NCBI GenBank assembly: GCA_951406725.2
Contig: OX597814.1
Span: 150,040,001-150,104,000, forward strand
Origin: Octopus vulgaris
Taxonomy: Eukaryota
DNA length: 64,000 bases
Direction of reading: 5' to 3'
A program made the position numbers and the translations under genes. Under the pieces are notes generated by a model, which saw nothing but the letters and a program-made list of their open reading frames with translations, ran no database searches and was not told the DNA's origin. This document shows positions 1-10,295 of the stretch, in pieces. Within the stretch, counting starts at the first letter, position 1; the number at the start of each line of letters is the position of its first letter.

Positions 1-939
1 GTAAAAAAAAAATAATACAATGTGACCAGATATCTTCAGGGCAGCCTCGTGCAAAAGGCTAATGCTTACACATTTTTTTCACAGGAATTCAAGTTGGGGG
101 GGGGGGGTAAAAAAAACTTACTAAATAAGATTGATGAGGACCACATATTCATATGTTAAGTATCTACGTAATGTAAACATTAAGTTAGAAAAGTAAGAGA
201 GTACGTCGAAGGAGTATTAGGGGAAGGTTTAAGCTAATCAAAACTTTCTAAAAAGTTATTAGGGATTTGAAAAAAAAAAAAAGACGGGTACGTGTTTTGA
301 GGGGCATTTTGTAATCATTTGCGAAAATATATAGGCGGTTAGGGGTTGTGAGGGACATTATGTAATTAGGGTAAGATACTGTGAAGACGTTAAGCAAATA
401 GATTTAATTAAAGGGAAGAAAATGGAGCGATAAGAAAAAATAGAAAAATAAGAATATAGAGGGAAATAGATTTGCTGTGGGGAAGAATAACGAAATGAAA
501 ATTTTAGTTCATTGAAAGAAGCGAGAAAAAGCCCTAAGTGATTAGGGATATACAATGTAAAGTATATGTGTAGATTTTAATATTTTAAGGTTATACCTAA
601 GAAGGATTAGACTATATTGTATACTTAGGTAATTCTAAAGTAGGAATTTAATTGAGGTTCACTGGTAAAGAGGCTTGTATCTTCACAGGTTAAGATCAAT
701 TAATAGCGGAGGGTATATATGTAAAATAAAATTTAAAGATACAGCTCTTTCGTTAGATTATAAAGAAAAATTTTCGTTACTTATTATTGTTATTAGTATT
801 ATGTAGCATTTCAATGCACTATCAGATACATTCAATTATACGGAAAAACTATTTGATAAAAAAAAAATTATGCGCTTTTTATGTCAGACACACTCGAGCG
901 TCACTTGGCACATCTCTACTACATTGCGCAGCAGAGTCA

Positions 940-1365
940 AAAGTATTTACTCACAATCAACTTTTATTTCGTCTTACAAGTGTCCAATGTGGCCACCACT
1001 GGCAACATATATGCGATAAGAGAATTCCTCCCAGACGCGTATCAGCATATCACGATCCACTGAGTATCCAATGAGTACTTCTTTGGCTGTCTGGGTGAAT
1101 GATTTACCGAAGTTTTTCTATTTCCCTTCTATGTCAATATCTTCTGGAATATCATCAAGCAAAGCAAATTTATTCTTTAGTTCTATGATGAACTTGCTTT
1201 TGATATGCTGATACGCGTCTGGGAGGGATTCTCTTATCGCATTGATGTTGCCCGTTGCTGCAGGTTGGGCCACATTGAACTCTTGTAAACTGGAGTTTTC
1301 TGTTACTTTTCCTTATTAAAATATTGCGTAATGAAATCGGTTCATTCTTTTTGAATAACCCAGTG
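940..1365. mobile_element. Tc1/mariner-like non-autonomous fragments in inverted orientation
   Basis: ~970-1050 (caatgtggccac...gcgataagagaattcctcccagacgcgtatcagcatatc) is the reverse complement of ~1200-1280. A TIR-like end at ~1340-1365 abuts a TA-rich microsatellite. Confidence 0.5.
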
Positions 1366-1429
1366 TGTGTATGTATGTATGTATGTATGTATGTATGTAT
1401 GTATGTATGTATGTTTGTATGTATGTATG

Positions 1430-1768
1430 AAAGCACGTAATTCAGTGGTTAGAGTGTCGGGCTCACAATCCTGAAGTAGTGAGTTCGATTCCTGGATCGG
1501 GCTGTGTGTTGTGTTCTTGAGCAAGACACTTTATTTCACGTTGCTCCAATTCACTCAGCTGGAGAAATGAGTTGTGACGTCACTGGTGCCAAGTTGTATT
1601 GGCCTTTGTCTTTCCTTTGGATAACATCGGTGGCGTGGAGAGGAGAGGCTGGTATGCATGAGCGACTGCTGATCTTCCATAAACAACCTTGACCAGACTT
1701 GTGCCTCGGAGGGAAACTTTCCAGGTGTAATCCCATGGTCATTCATGACCGAAGGGGGTTTTTACCCT
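1430..1768 (+). mobile_element. tRNA-derived SINE (family C)
   Basis: A-box-like cagtggttagag and B-box gagttcgattcc. Near-identical copy at 60523-60858; related heads at ~6350, ~25705, ~28715 and ~51225 (minus). Confidence 0.85.
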
Positions 1769-2194
1769 TATATATTTAGTGGAAACATTTCTGTCAGCTT
1801 TGTCAGTTTCACTAATCATTTTTAAGTTGTATAAATTCAAGTACTTCTTAAACTTTTCGAATCAGCCTTTACTAGCGAGTACATGCGTCGCTAAGGGGTC
1901 GCACTGGACGGCACTGCCTCCTCACTATTCATTAGTGCAACCTCGGATGTACAGAAATACACTTATTTTGAAGTTTCAGTTTAGTATTATTTCAAATTAG
2001 TGCCCACCCAGAATTTTCTGAAGCACCCCCAGGTACCGAAGTCTGGCGACGGACCTGCTTGAGAGAGAAGAATTTTCATTAGAGGTTTCTCTTTCATTTT
2101 TATGCAAATCGAAAAATAAGCGTTTAGAGATTTGTTTCTATTGTCATCGTGCTTTTCGACCCATTACGTCTAGTTTGATTCACGATCCATAAAC

Positions 2195-2493
2195 ATGCGT
2201 GGCACATTGAGCAATTGTCTTCTACTATAGCCTCGGGCCGACCAAAGCTTTGTAAGTGGATTTGGTAGACGGGAATTGAAAGAAGCATGTCGTATATATT
2301 TATATGTGTGTGTGTCTTTGTATCTGTATTTGCCCCCCTCTTATTACCGTTAGACAACCGGTTCGGCAAAAGAGACCGATAGAATAAGTACCAGGCTTTA
2401 AAAAAATAAGTCCTTGGGCCGATTTTTTTCGACTAAAAGGTGGTGCTCCAGTATGACTGCAGTCATATGACTGAAACAAGTAAAAGAATAAAA
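2195..2493 (+). mobile_element. SINE family D, 5'-truncated
   Basis: tactatagcctcgggccgaccaaagc...tgactgaaacaagtaaaaga, shared with the full copy at 56830-57423 and many others. Confidence 0.8.
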
Positions 2494-2618
2494 GCTGTCT
2501 TATTTGACGTATCTAAGAAAACCTAAGATCCAAGAATTATAAAAAAAAAAACTAATATCCAAACAGTTAAGAAGGGAACTTTTTGAACACTTGATTTAAT
2601 TTTTCCATCTGTTATAAG

Positions 2619-2970
2619 GCAGCGAGCTGGCAGAATCGTTAGCACGCCGGGCGAAATGCTTAGCAGTATTTCGTCTGTCGCCGAGGTCGACTTTGCCTTT
2701 CATCCTTTCGGGGTCGATAAATTAACTACCAGTTACGCACTGTGGTCGATGTAATCGACTTAATCCCTTTGTCTGTCCTTGTTTGTCCACTCTATGGTAT
2801 TTCGTCTGCCGCTACGTTCTGAGTTCAAATTCCACCGGAGTCAACTTTACCTTTCATCCTTTCGGAATTGAAAAATTAAGTACCAGTTGCGTACTGGGGT
2901 CGATCTAATCAACTGGCCCCCTCCGCCCAAAATTTCGGACCTTGTGCCTAGAGTCCTAGAGTAGAAAAGA
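2619..2970 (+). mobile_element. tRNA-derived SINE family A, composite/dimeric
   Basis: ggcagcgagctggcagaatcgttagc head; central gtcgactttgcctttcatcctttcggggtcgat domain present twice. Confidence 0.85.
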
Positions 2971-3009
2971 ATTTTCCATCTATTATCCCGTATTGTTCTG
3001 ACTCTAGAC

Positions 3010-3301
3010 CAGTGTTTCTCAACAATTTTTTTACTTATAGATCATTTTGATTCCAATCGAGATTCAAAGTTAAGGGTTTCTCTTTGTATCCCACTTTACT
3101 CGGGTAGATCCGCACAGTCATTCATGCTTTAAAAAATCCAGTTATATTTTTATAATTAAATATTATTAGGAATTGTATTAAAAGATTGTTAAAATATTTT
3201 GCTTATTGTAGAAGTACAACCAGTTTGTTGCAGATAAATTTTAACTACTAAATCTTATATGGAACTCTAAGGGCCATAGGGACCCCAGTTGAAAGCCACT
3301 G
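3010..3301. mobile_element. hAT-type MITE
   Basis: TIRs cagtgtttctcaac / gttgaaagccactg; perfect 8-bp TSD ctctagac (3002-3009, 3302-3309). Confidence 0.9.
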
Positions 3302-3672
3302 CTCTAGACATTGCAAGCGTTAATATTTTGGCAGTCGACTTAGCCTTTCATCCTTTCGGGGTCGATTAAATAAGTACCAGTTACGCACTGGAGTCGCTGT
3401 AATCGACTTAATCCCTTTGTCTGTTCTTGTTTGTTCCCTCTACGTTTAGCAATGAAGAAATAAAATATGTTGGCAATAAGAGCGAAGTTACAGACTGTAT
3501 CCCAAAATTAGTTGTCTTACTTTACAAATTCTGTAAATTCGAAATCCTGTAACCCGAGGAAACCGTAACGCGCGGTATGTCTGCTGATACATACATACAT
3601 ATATACATACATCATAAATATCATATGTATTACATGTATACATATCACGCGCTCTGTTTCTTTTCCTTTTTC

Positions 3673-3744
<72 letters not shown>

Positions 3745-4107
3745 TCACACACACACAGAGTAGGAAGGAAGACACATGGAAATGTATATGCTTCTATGAC
3801 AGAGTATGCGATTTCACGAAATTCTATTTCTGAACCTCCAAACTTTTTCTTTGTTTTCCTTCTGTACCCAGTCTTCCTGAGTATTTGCTAGCTTACAGGT
3901 TCTGACAAGCAAGCAGTTATGTGTCAAGGTGTGGTGATGGTTAGCAGGTGAATAGAATGTGTCTTTCGAGTAACAGAAATGTATTTATATAACTGAATGT
4001 ATAAATATATAATGTACGTATATTCTATATATATGGTTCACATTCTTGTGCAAGAAGGTAATGGTCTACATACTTTAACGTCATTGGGTCACTGTGTTGC
4101 ACGTTAC

Positions 4108-4613
4108 ACTACATACATACATACATACATACATACATACATACATGCATACATACAAACGTACATCACACACACACCAGAAGCAGATACATACATACAT
4201 GCATACATACATACATCACACACACCATACATACATACATACATACATACATACATGCATGCATGCATCACACACACCTCTCACAGATACATACATACAT
4301 ATATGCATACATGCATGCATACATACATATATGCATACATACATACATGCATACATACATACATACATCACACACACCACGCATACATACATACATCACA
4401 CACACCACGCATACATACATACATCACACACACCACGCATACATACATACATCACACACACCACGCATACATACATACATCACACACACCACGCATACAT
4501 ACATACATCACACACACACACCAAATGCATATACATACATACATGCATACATACATACATACATCTCACACACCACACATACACACACACACCACACGCA
4601 GGTACATACATAC

Positions 4614-4649
<36 letters not shown>

Positions 4650-4660
4650 GCACGCACACA
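4108..4660. repeat. Compound (TACA)n/(CA)n microsatellite with a ~27-bp higher-order unit (catacatacatacatcacacacaccacg)
   Basis: Directly visible; it produces the spurious H/T/Y/I-rich ORFs at 3997-4804. Confidence 0.95.
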
Positions 4661-4969
4661 GGGATACTCGTGGAACATCCCAATAAAACATCAATTTGGT
4701 GCAGGCATTACAAATCTGATATCGTTCTATGGGGCAGGAAACAAAAGTGGTACACTGTTGTAGCGGTCAGCTGCCCAGCGGATTGTATGTTCAGTCAAAT
4801 GTAAAAAAAAAATAAAAAAAAAATAAACGTTTATGACGCATTAAAGCGAAACTTACAGCTCTTGTATCCTGGCTATGGATTCTTATTTGTACTTATCATC
4901 ATACGTGCATTTGGTTATGTACCAAAAACTTTGCGCAAAAGCCTAGAAATACTCGGCTTCACGGAAAAA

Positions 4970-5560
4970 TTAAGCTGGCGTGTGTGAAAGTAAAGCCTTA
5001 CGCAGGGACATGACATTTGACAGGCACAGGGAGGAATATAGATGTTGCACAGATGGTAGTCGAACCTAGAAAGGTCAGGCTTGGCCCAACACCGGTCGCG
5101 TGGAAAGAGAAGAGAGAGAGGCAGAGGGATAGAAGAATTAAGGAGGAGCGAGAAAAAAAAAATTAAAGGGACATTCCTCCCTGTGCCTGTCAGATCTTAT
5201 GCCCCTGCCGTAAGGCTTTGCTTCCATACACGCCAGCTTAATTTAATTTGTCCTTAGTCGAAAGACACCTGTTGTTATGTCCTGTTATTTGCATTTGTAT
5301 TTGTGTAACATTTCTCCGTTTTTTTTCCTATCCTTGTTTTCGTATACATTCGCTGCTTTCTTCCAAGGAATCTAATGCTCTTAGCTTAGTTTTTCCTTGG
5401 GGCTGGCCAGACTGGAGCAATCTCGAGTATAACCAGCCGAAATTGCAAAGATAATCTGGAACTCGACTGAGGAAAGCAAACTCCGAATGATTCGTCTTTG
5501 TTTCCTTGTATCGTCTGTCTGTATGTTTTGCGTTCTTGTCCCATTTTTGTATCATATATG
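4970..5560 (+). mobile_element. Penelope-like non-autonomous repeat with internal inverted repeat
   Basis: 4970-5037 (aattaagctggcgtgtg...gacaggcacagggaggaat) is inverted relative to 5173-5244. The downstream part has a diverged copy at ~11250-11428 and contains a hammerhead-like motif. PLE assignment is inferred. Confidence 0.55.
5401..5484 (+). ncRNA. Candidate rearranged (non-circularly permuted) hammerhead ribozyme
   Basis: CTGAGGA 5467-5473, GAAA 5439-5442 and AUC triplet 5420-5422. Stems: GCAAT/ATTGC, TCGAGT/ACTCGA, GGCTGG/CCAGCC, CCAGA/TCTGG. Covariation in the copy at 11378-11426. Confidence 0.55.
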
Positions 5561-5566
5561 TATGTG

Positions 5567-5795
5567 TATATATATATGTGTGTGTGTGTATGTATGTATG
5601 TATGTATGTATGTATGTATGTATGTATGTATGTATGTATGTATGTATGTATGTATGTATGTATGTATGTATGTATGTGTGTATGTATGTATGTACGTACG
5701 TACGTATGTATGTATGTATGTATGTATGTATGTATGTATGTATGTATGTATGTATGTATGTATGTATGTATGTATGTACAGGTGCGTGTGTGTGT
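5567..5795. repeat. (TATG)n microsatellite
   Basis: Directly visible; source of the MYVC-repeat ORFs. Confidence 0.95.
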
Positions 5796-6735
5796 ATTTA
5801 TTGTACCTCTGTGTCTATGCTTAAATGTGTATGTATATATGGGTGTACATGTCAGTGTTCGTATATGCATATACATGTGTGTATCCGTTTGGGTCAACAC
5901 ACCCTAAATTCCTGTTTAGTCTGAGTATGAAAATGTCAAGCGACACGCACGGATGAACGCCACTTGTCAAAAGACACATGCCTAAGTTCTCGGATGAGCA
6001 ACCCAATAGTATATGATTCATCTTTTATCTCTTAAAAATCTCGATGATCTTTTTATTCTTCGTTCCTTTTGTCTTTCCTCCTTTATTCCAGCAACTGTTG
6101 TGATCGTCATATGTACGTACATAGTCACACATAACTTAGGTAAATTAGATATGTTTGGACCAAAGATTGGTCAAGGCCATGTCTAACTTAATATCACCAC
6201 CTGATAGGATTAGCTGTGTGACTATATATAGATACTATATATAGATACATATAGATACATACACATTGTATGTGTGTGCGTAATTGTCTGTCCGAGTACT
6301 CTTGTGTGCAGGTGTAGGTATGTGTGTATGTGTGTGTGTGTGTGCGTGTGGTAGTAATGATTTAGTGGTTAAGGTATTGGACTCATGATCGAAAGGTTGT
6401 GGTTTCGATTCTTGGACCGGCCGACGCATTGTGTTCTTGAGCAAAACACTTCATTTCACGTTTGCTCCTGCCATTCAGGTGGCAAAAATGAGTAATCCCG
6501 CGATTACTCCAGGTGGGGAATATATACGCCACAGACTGCAGAAACCCATTTTATGAGCCTATGACTTGGGAAGAACTTTTGATCCTTTTTTATATATGTA
6601 TGATATGTATAATACATACATATATGTATTTTGTGTGTATGTATGTATGTTTATAAGTTGTTTATAAATTTAACCTTTAAAGGTATTTTTTAATATGCTG
6701 GCCATTGATAAAATTTATTTCGAAAAATTTTATCC

Positions 6736-6777
<42 letters not shown>

Positions 6778-7196
6778 TGAGAAAGTTGGTGTGTGAAAGC
6801 ACGTGGTTGAATATATAGAAAATAGTAAAAAGTGAAAAAATACAGAAGGCTTGTTTTAAAAGGTTAAAGAAATATATATTTGAGTCATTATGTCAGAAGA
6901 ATGTTATAATTTTTTCATACAGTGACATAGTTTTTGAAAGAAATTACCGAAATCTTTTCAAATTTCTCAAAACATTGTTATGATTTCGTTTAAGAAATTT
7001 ACACTTCTTAAACGAAATCATAACAATGTTTTGAGAAATTTGAAAAGTTAAACACGAAACCGGTAATTGGGAGGGGCTTCAAAACTATGTCACTGTATGA
7101 AAAAAATTATAACATTCTTTAGGACATAATGACTCAATATATATTTTTAACCTCTTAAAACAAGCCTTCTGTAGTTTTTTCACTTTTTACTACTAT

Positions 7197-7281
<85 letters not shown>

Positions 7282-8106
7282 ATTAAAACAACATTTTAAA
7301 CAAAAAAGGAAATAATACACCGTCACTAAAAGTAACCAAGTGTGCAGGGAGCACTGGCATTGCCAGAAATAAGAGTGAAAGACTCTTTAGTCACAAACAA
7401 AATATATGTTCTATGTACTGACAAGGGAGGGAACCTCTCCACTGCAAGCGAGGGCATTAGATTGGCATGCTAATTTCGCATGAAATTAATGCTTACTCCA
7501 ATGGTGGTAAAGTTGAAATTACATTTGTCAGTCTCTATAGAATTTTCCATAGGAATCAATGGCTGAGTCAGCAAAATGGTAATGTGAAAATTATAAAATA
7601 ATTAAGGTGCTAGACGCTATATAAAACGAAAAAGGAAATAATTCACTATCACTAAAAGTAACCAAGGATGCAGGGAGCACCAGTATTGCTAGAAATAAGA
7701 GTCAAAGACCCTTTAGCCACAAACAAAGCACATGTTCTATGTACAGTGATATCTCATGCCTACTTCGCGGTTCAACTTCTCGCGGATTCAAATACACTGA
7801 AGTAAACCCTCTGGCATTAAATCATAGGATCGTGTGACCCACGTTGTGTGGCAATGCTGCGGGATTTTTGTTAAAGCCAGGACTTATTTTTCTTCACAAT
7901 GTCTAAAACCACGCCGGTTGCAACACCATATGGTTGTACCTCCAACAAAACAAGACTGCTGTGATTTTTGCTACTAAGGTATCGGTTAAACTTTTGATTA
8001 ATCTACTACAAGATTATTCATCTTTCTATTTCACATAATATATATATATATATATATATATATAGGTGAGAAAGTTGGTGTGTGAAAGCACGTGGTTGAA
8101 TATATA

Positions 8107-8488
8107 GAAAATAGTAAAAAGTGAAAAAACTACAGAAGGCTTGTTTTAAAAGGTTAAAAAATATATATTTGAGTCATTATGTCAGAAGAATGTTATAATT
8201 TTTTTTTCATACAGTGACATAGTTTTTGAAGAAATTACCGGTTTCGTGTTTAACTTTTCAAATTTCTCAAAACATTGTTATGATTTCGTTTAAGAAATTT
8301 ACACTTCTTAAACGAAATCATAACAATGTTTTGAGAAATTTGAAAAGTTAAACACGAAACCGGTAATTTCTTCAAAAACTATGTCACTGTATGAAAAAAA
8401 AAATTATAACATTCTTCTGACATAATGACTCAAATATATATTTTTTAACCTCTTAAAACAAGCCTTCTGTAGTTTTTTCACTTTTTAC

Positions 8489-8493
<5 letters not shown>
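8107..8493. repeat. Near-perfect palindrome, ~190-bp arms with 8-nt loop (8297-8304), between (TA)n tracts
   Basis: ...gatttcgtttaagaa-atttacac-ttcttaaacgaaatc...; arms are reverse-complementary. Confidence 0.92.
8333..8372 (+). ncRNA. Minimal type-I hammerhead-like motif, U3:A8 variant (mirror copy on minus strand at 8229-8268)
   Basis: gagaaat-TTGAAAA-gt(taaac)ac-GAAA-CCGG-TA-atttctt: 7-bp stem I, 2-bp stem II, palindromic ACCGGT stem III, GUA cleavage triplet. Confidence 0.55.
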
Positions 8494-8574
<81 letters not shown>

Positions 8575-9037
8575 ATTAAAACAACATTTTAAACAAAAAA
8601 GGAAATAATACACCGTCACTAAAAGTAACCAAGTGTGCAGGGAGCACTGGCATTGCCAGAAATAAGAGTGAAAGACTCTTTAGTCACAAACAAAATATAT
8701 GTTCTATGTACTGACAAGGGAGGGAACCTCTCCACTGCAAGCGAGGGCATTAGATTGGCATGCTAATTTCGCATGAAATTAATGCTTACTCCAATGGTGG
8801 TAAAGTTGAAATTACATTTGTCAGTCTCTATAGAATTTTCCATAGGAATCAATGGCTGAGTCAGCAAAATGGTAATGTGAAAATTATAAAATAATTAAGG
8901 TGGCTAGACGCTATATAAAACGAAAAAGGAAATAATTCACTATCACTAAAAGTAACCAAGGATGCAGGGAGCACCAGTATTGCTAGAAATAAGAGTCAAA
9001 GACCCTTTAGCCACAAACAAAGCACATGTTCTATGTA

Positions 9038-10295
9038 CAGTGATATCTCACTACTTCGCGGTTCAACTATCGCGGATTCAAAGAGGAAGTAAAACCCTCT
9101 GGCATTAAATCATACAAGGATCGTGTGACCCACGTGATGTGTGGCAATGCTGCGGGATTTTTGTTAAAGCCAGGACTTATTTACAAGTCTAAAAACCCAA
9201 GGGCTTAAAAAAAACAAAACAAGAATCTGCTACCCGTACATTGGATGCGCAGTCCAAAGGCGTGGATAACGAAGATGCTGGCCTTCGACTGGTTCCACCA
9301 GTGTTTCATCCTGCAAGTCAAGGTGTATCTATTAGAGAAGGGCTTGCCATTCGAAATTCTTCTCCTTATGGATAACGCTGGTGCCCATGCTACTGATCTA
9401 TCGCATGAGGGCATTCAGATTGAGTTTCTGCCGCCCAACTCTACGTCACTTATTCAACCAATGGACCAGGGTGTTATCAGAGCATTCAAGGCCCTATACA
9501 CAAGGAATGTCCTGGCGAACCTGGTTGCTTCTGTAGATGCCGCCCAAGAAGACGAAGGAGAAAATTTTAACTTGAAGGCATACTGGCAGCAGTACACAAT
9601 TGCCACGTTCCCCCAAAATATTCAGAAGGCATTGCAAGAGATGAAAGCTGCCATCATTAACACGAGCTGGAAAAAATTGTGGCCCGGGGTTATTTTCGAC
9701 GACAAGGGATTTACACCTGCCGAAATCCAACCTGGCTAAAGAATTGAAAGAGGGGGTCACAGGAATGGGACGACGATATGGTTCGTTCTGTACAATTTTG
9801 CAACAAGGTCAATGAAGTCATGAATCCCTACAAGATGCTCTTTGAACGGAAAAAGAAGCAGCGGCAGCAACTTCCTATCACAATGTTTTTGCAGCCTCGC
9901 AAAAAAGAGCCAATTCCTGTTGCTACTACTACGGTTGCACCTTCGGAAGAAGTGGAAGAGGTGTCCCAGGAAAGGGCACCGCTGTCATTTCATCATCATC
10001 ATTTCTACTGCGCAGCAAATTCATCACTACCATCATTCGAATTTCACTTCAACTTTTTTCGTGTTTAGTACAGTAACAATCTTTATTTTTAAATCTAAAG
10101 TGTTATTGCTTAACAGTTGTCCTTGTTTATTAATAGACTACTGTAATGGGTGGGTTGTTAACAGTACAGGGAGGATTTTGAAAGTCCAAATACACGTTAA
10201 ATAAATACTGTAAATATGGTATCCCTACTTCGCGGAAATTCAGTTATCGCGGCCGGTCTCTGAACCAATCTGCCGCGATAAACGAGGGATCACTG
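9038..10295 (+). mobile_element. Tigger/pogo-family DNA transposon, internally deleted
   Basis: TA TSD; TIRs cagtgatatctc... / ...gagggatcactg. The uninterrupted target gttctatgtactgacaag is seen in the paralogous repeat at ~8701. Confidence 0.9.
9245..9739 (+). pseudogene. pogo/Tigger DDE transposase fragment
   Basis: KAWIT...FDWF...ILLLMDNAGAH...IEFLPPNSTSLIQPMDQGVIRAFKALY motifs are typical of DDE_1 transposases. The N-terminal HTH region is missing. Confidence 0.9.

Larger units (their letters stand above)
6776..9250. repeat. ~1.29 kb direct duplication (6776-~7980 vs 8065-~9250), each copy holding a long palindrome
   Basis: Same sequence blocks recur at an offset of ~1289. The first copy has locally garbled stretches. 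Confidence 0.85.

Noticed and set aside
735-790. gaaagagctgta on the minus strand as another hammerhead
   Set aside because: No recognisable CTGANGA core remains, so it is too degenerate to call.
3488-5924. Long ORFs of 95-236 aa (HTYI, MYVC and ER repeats)
   Set aside because: They are translations of (TACA)n, (TATG)n and (GA)n microsatellites.
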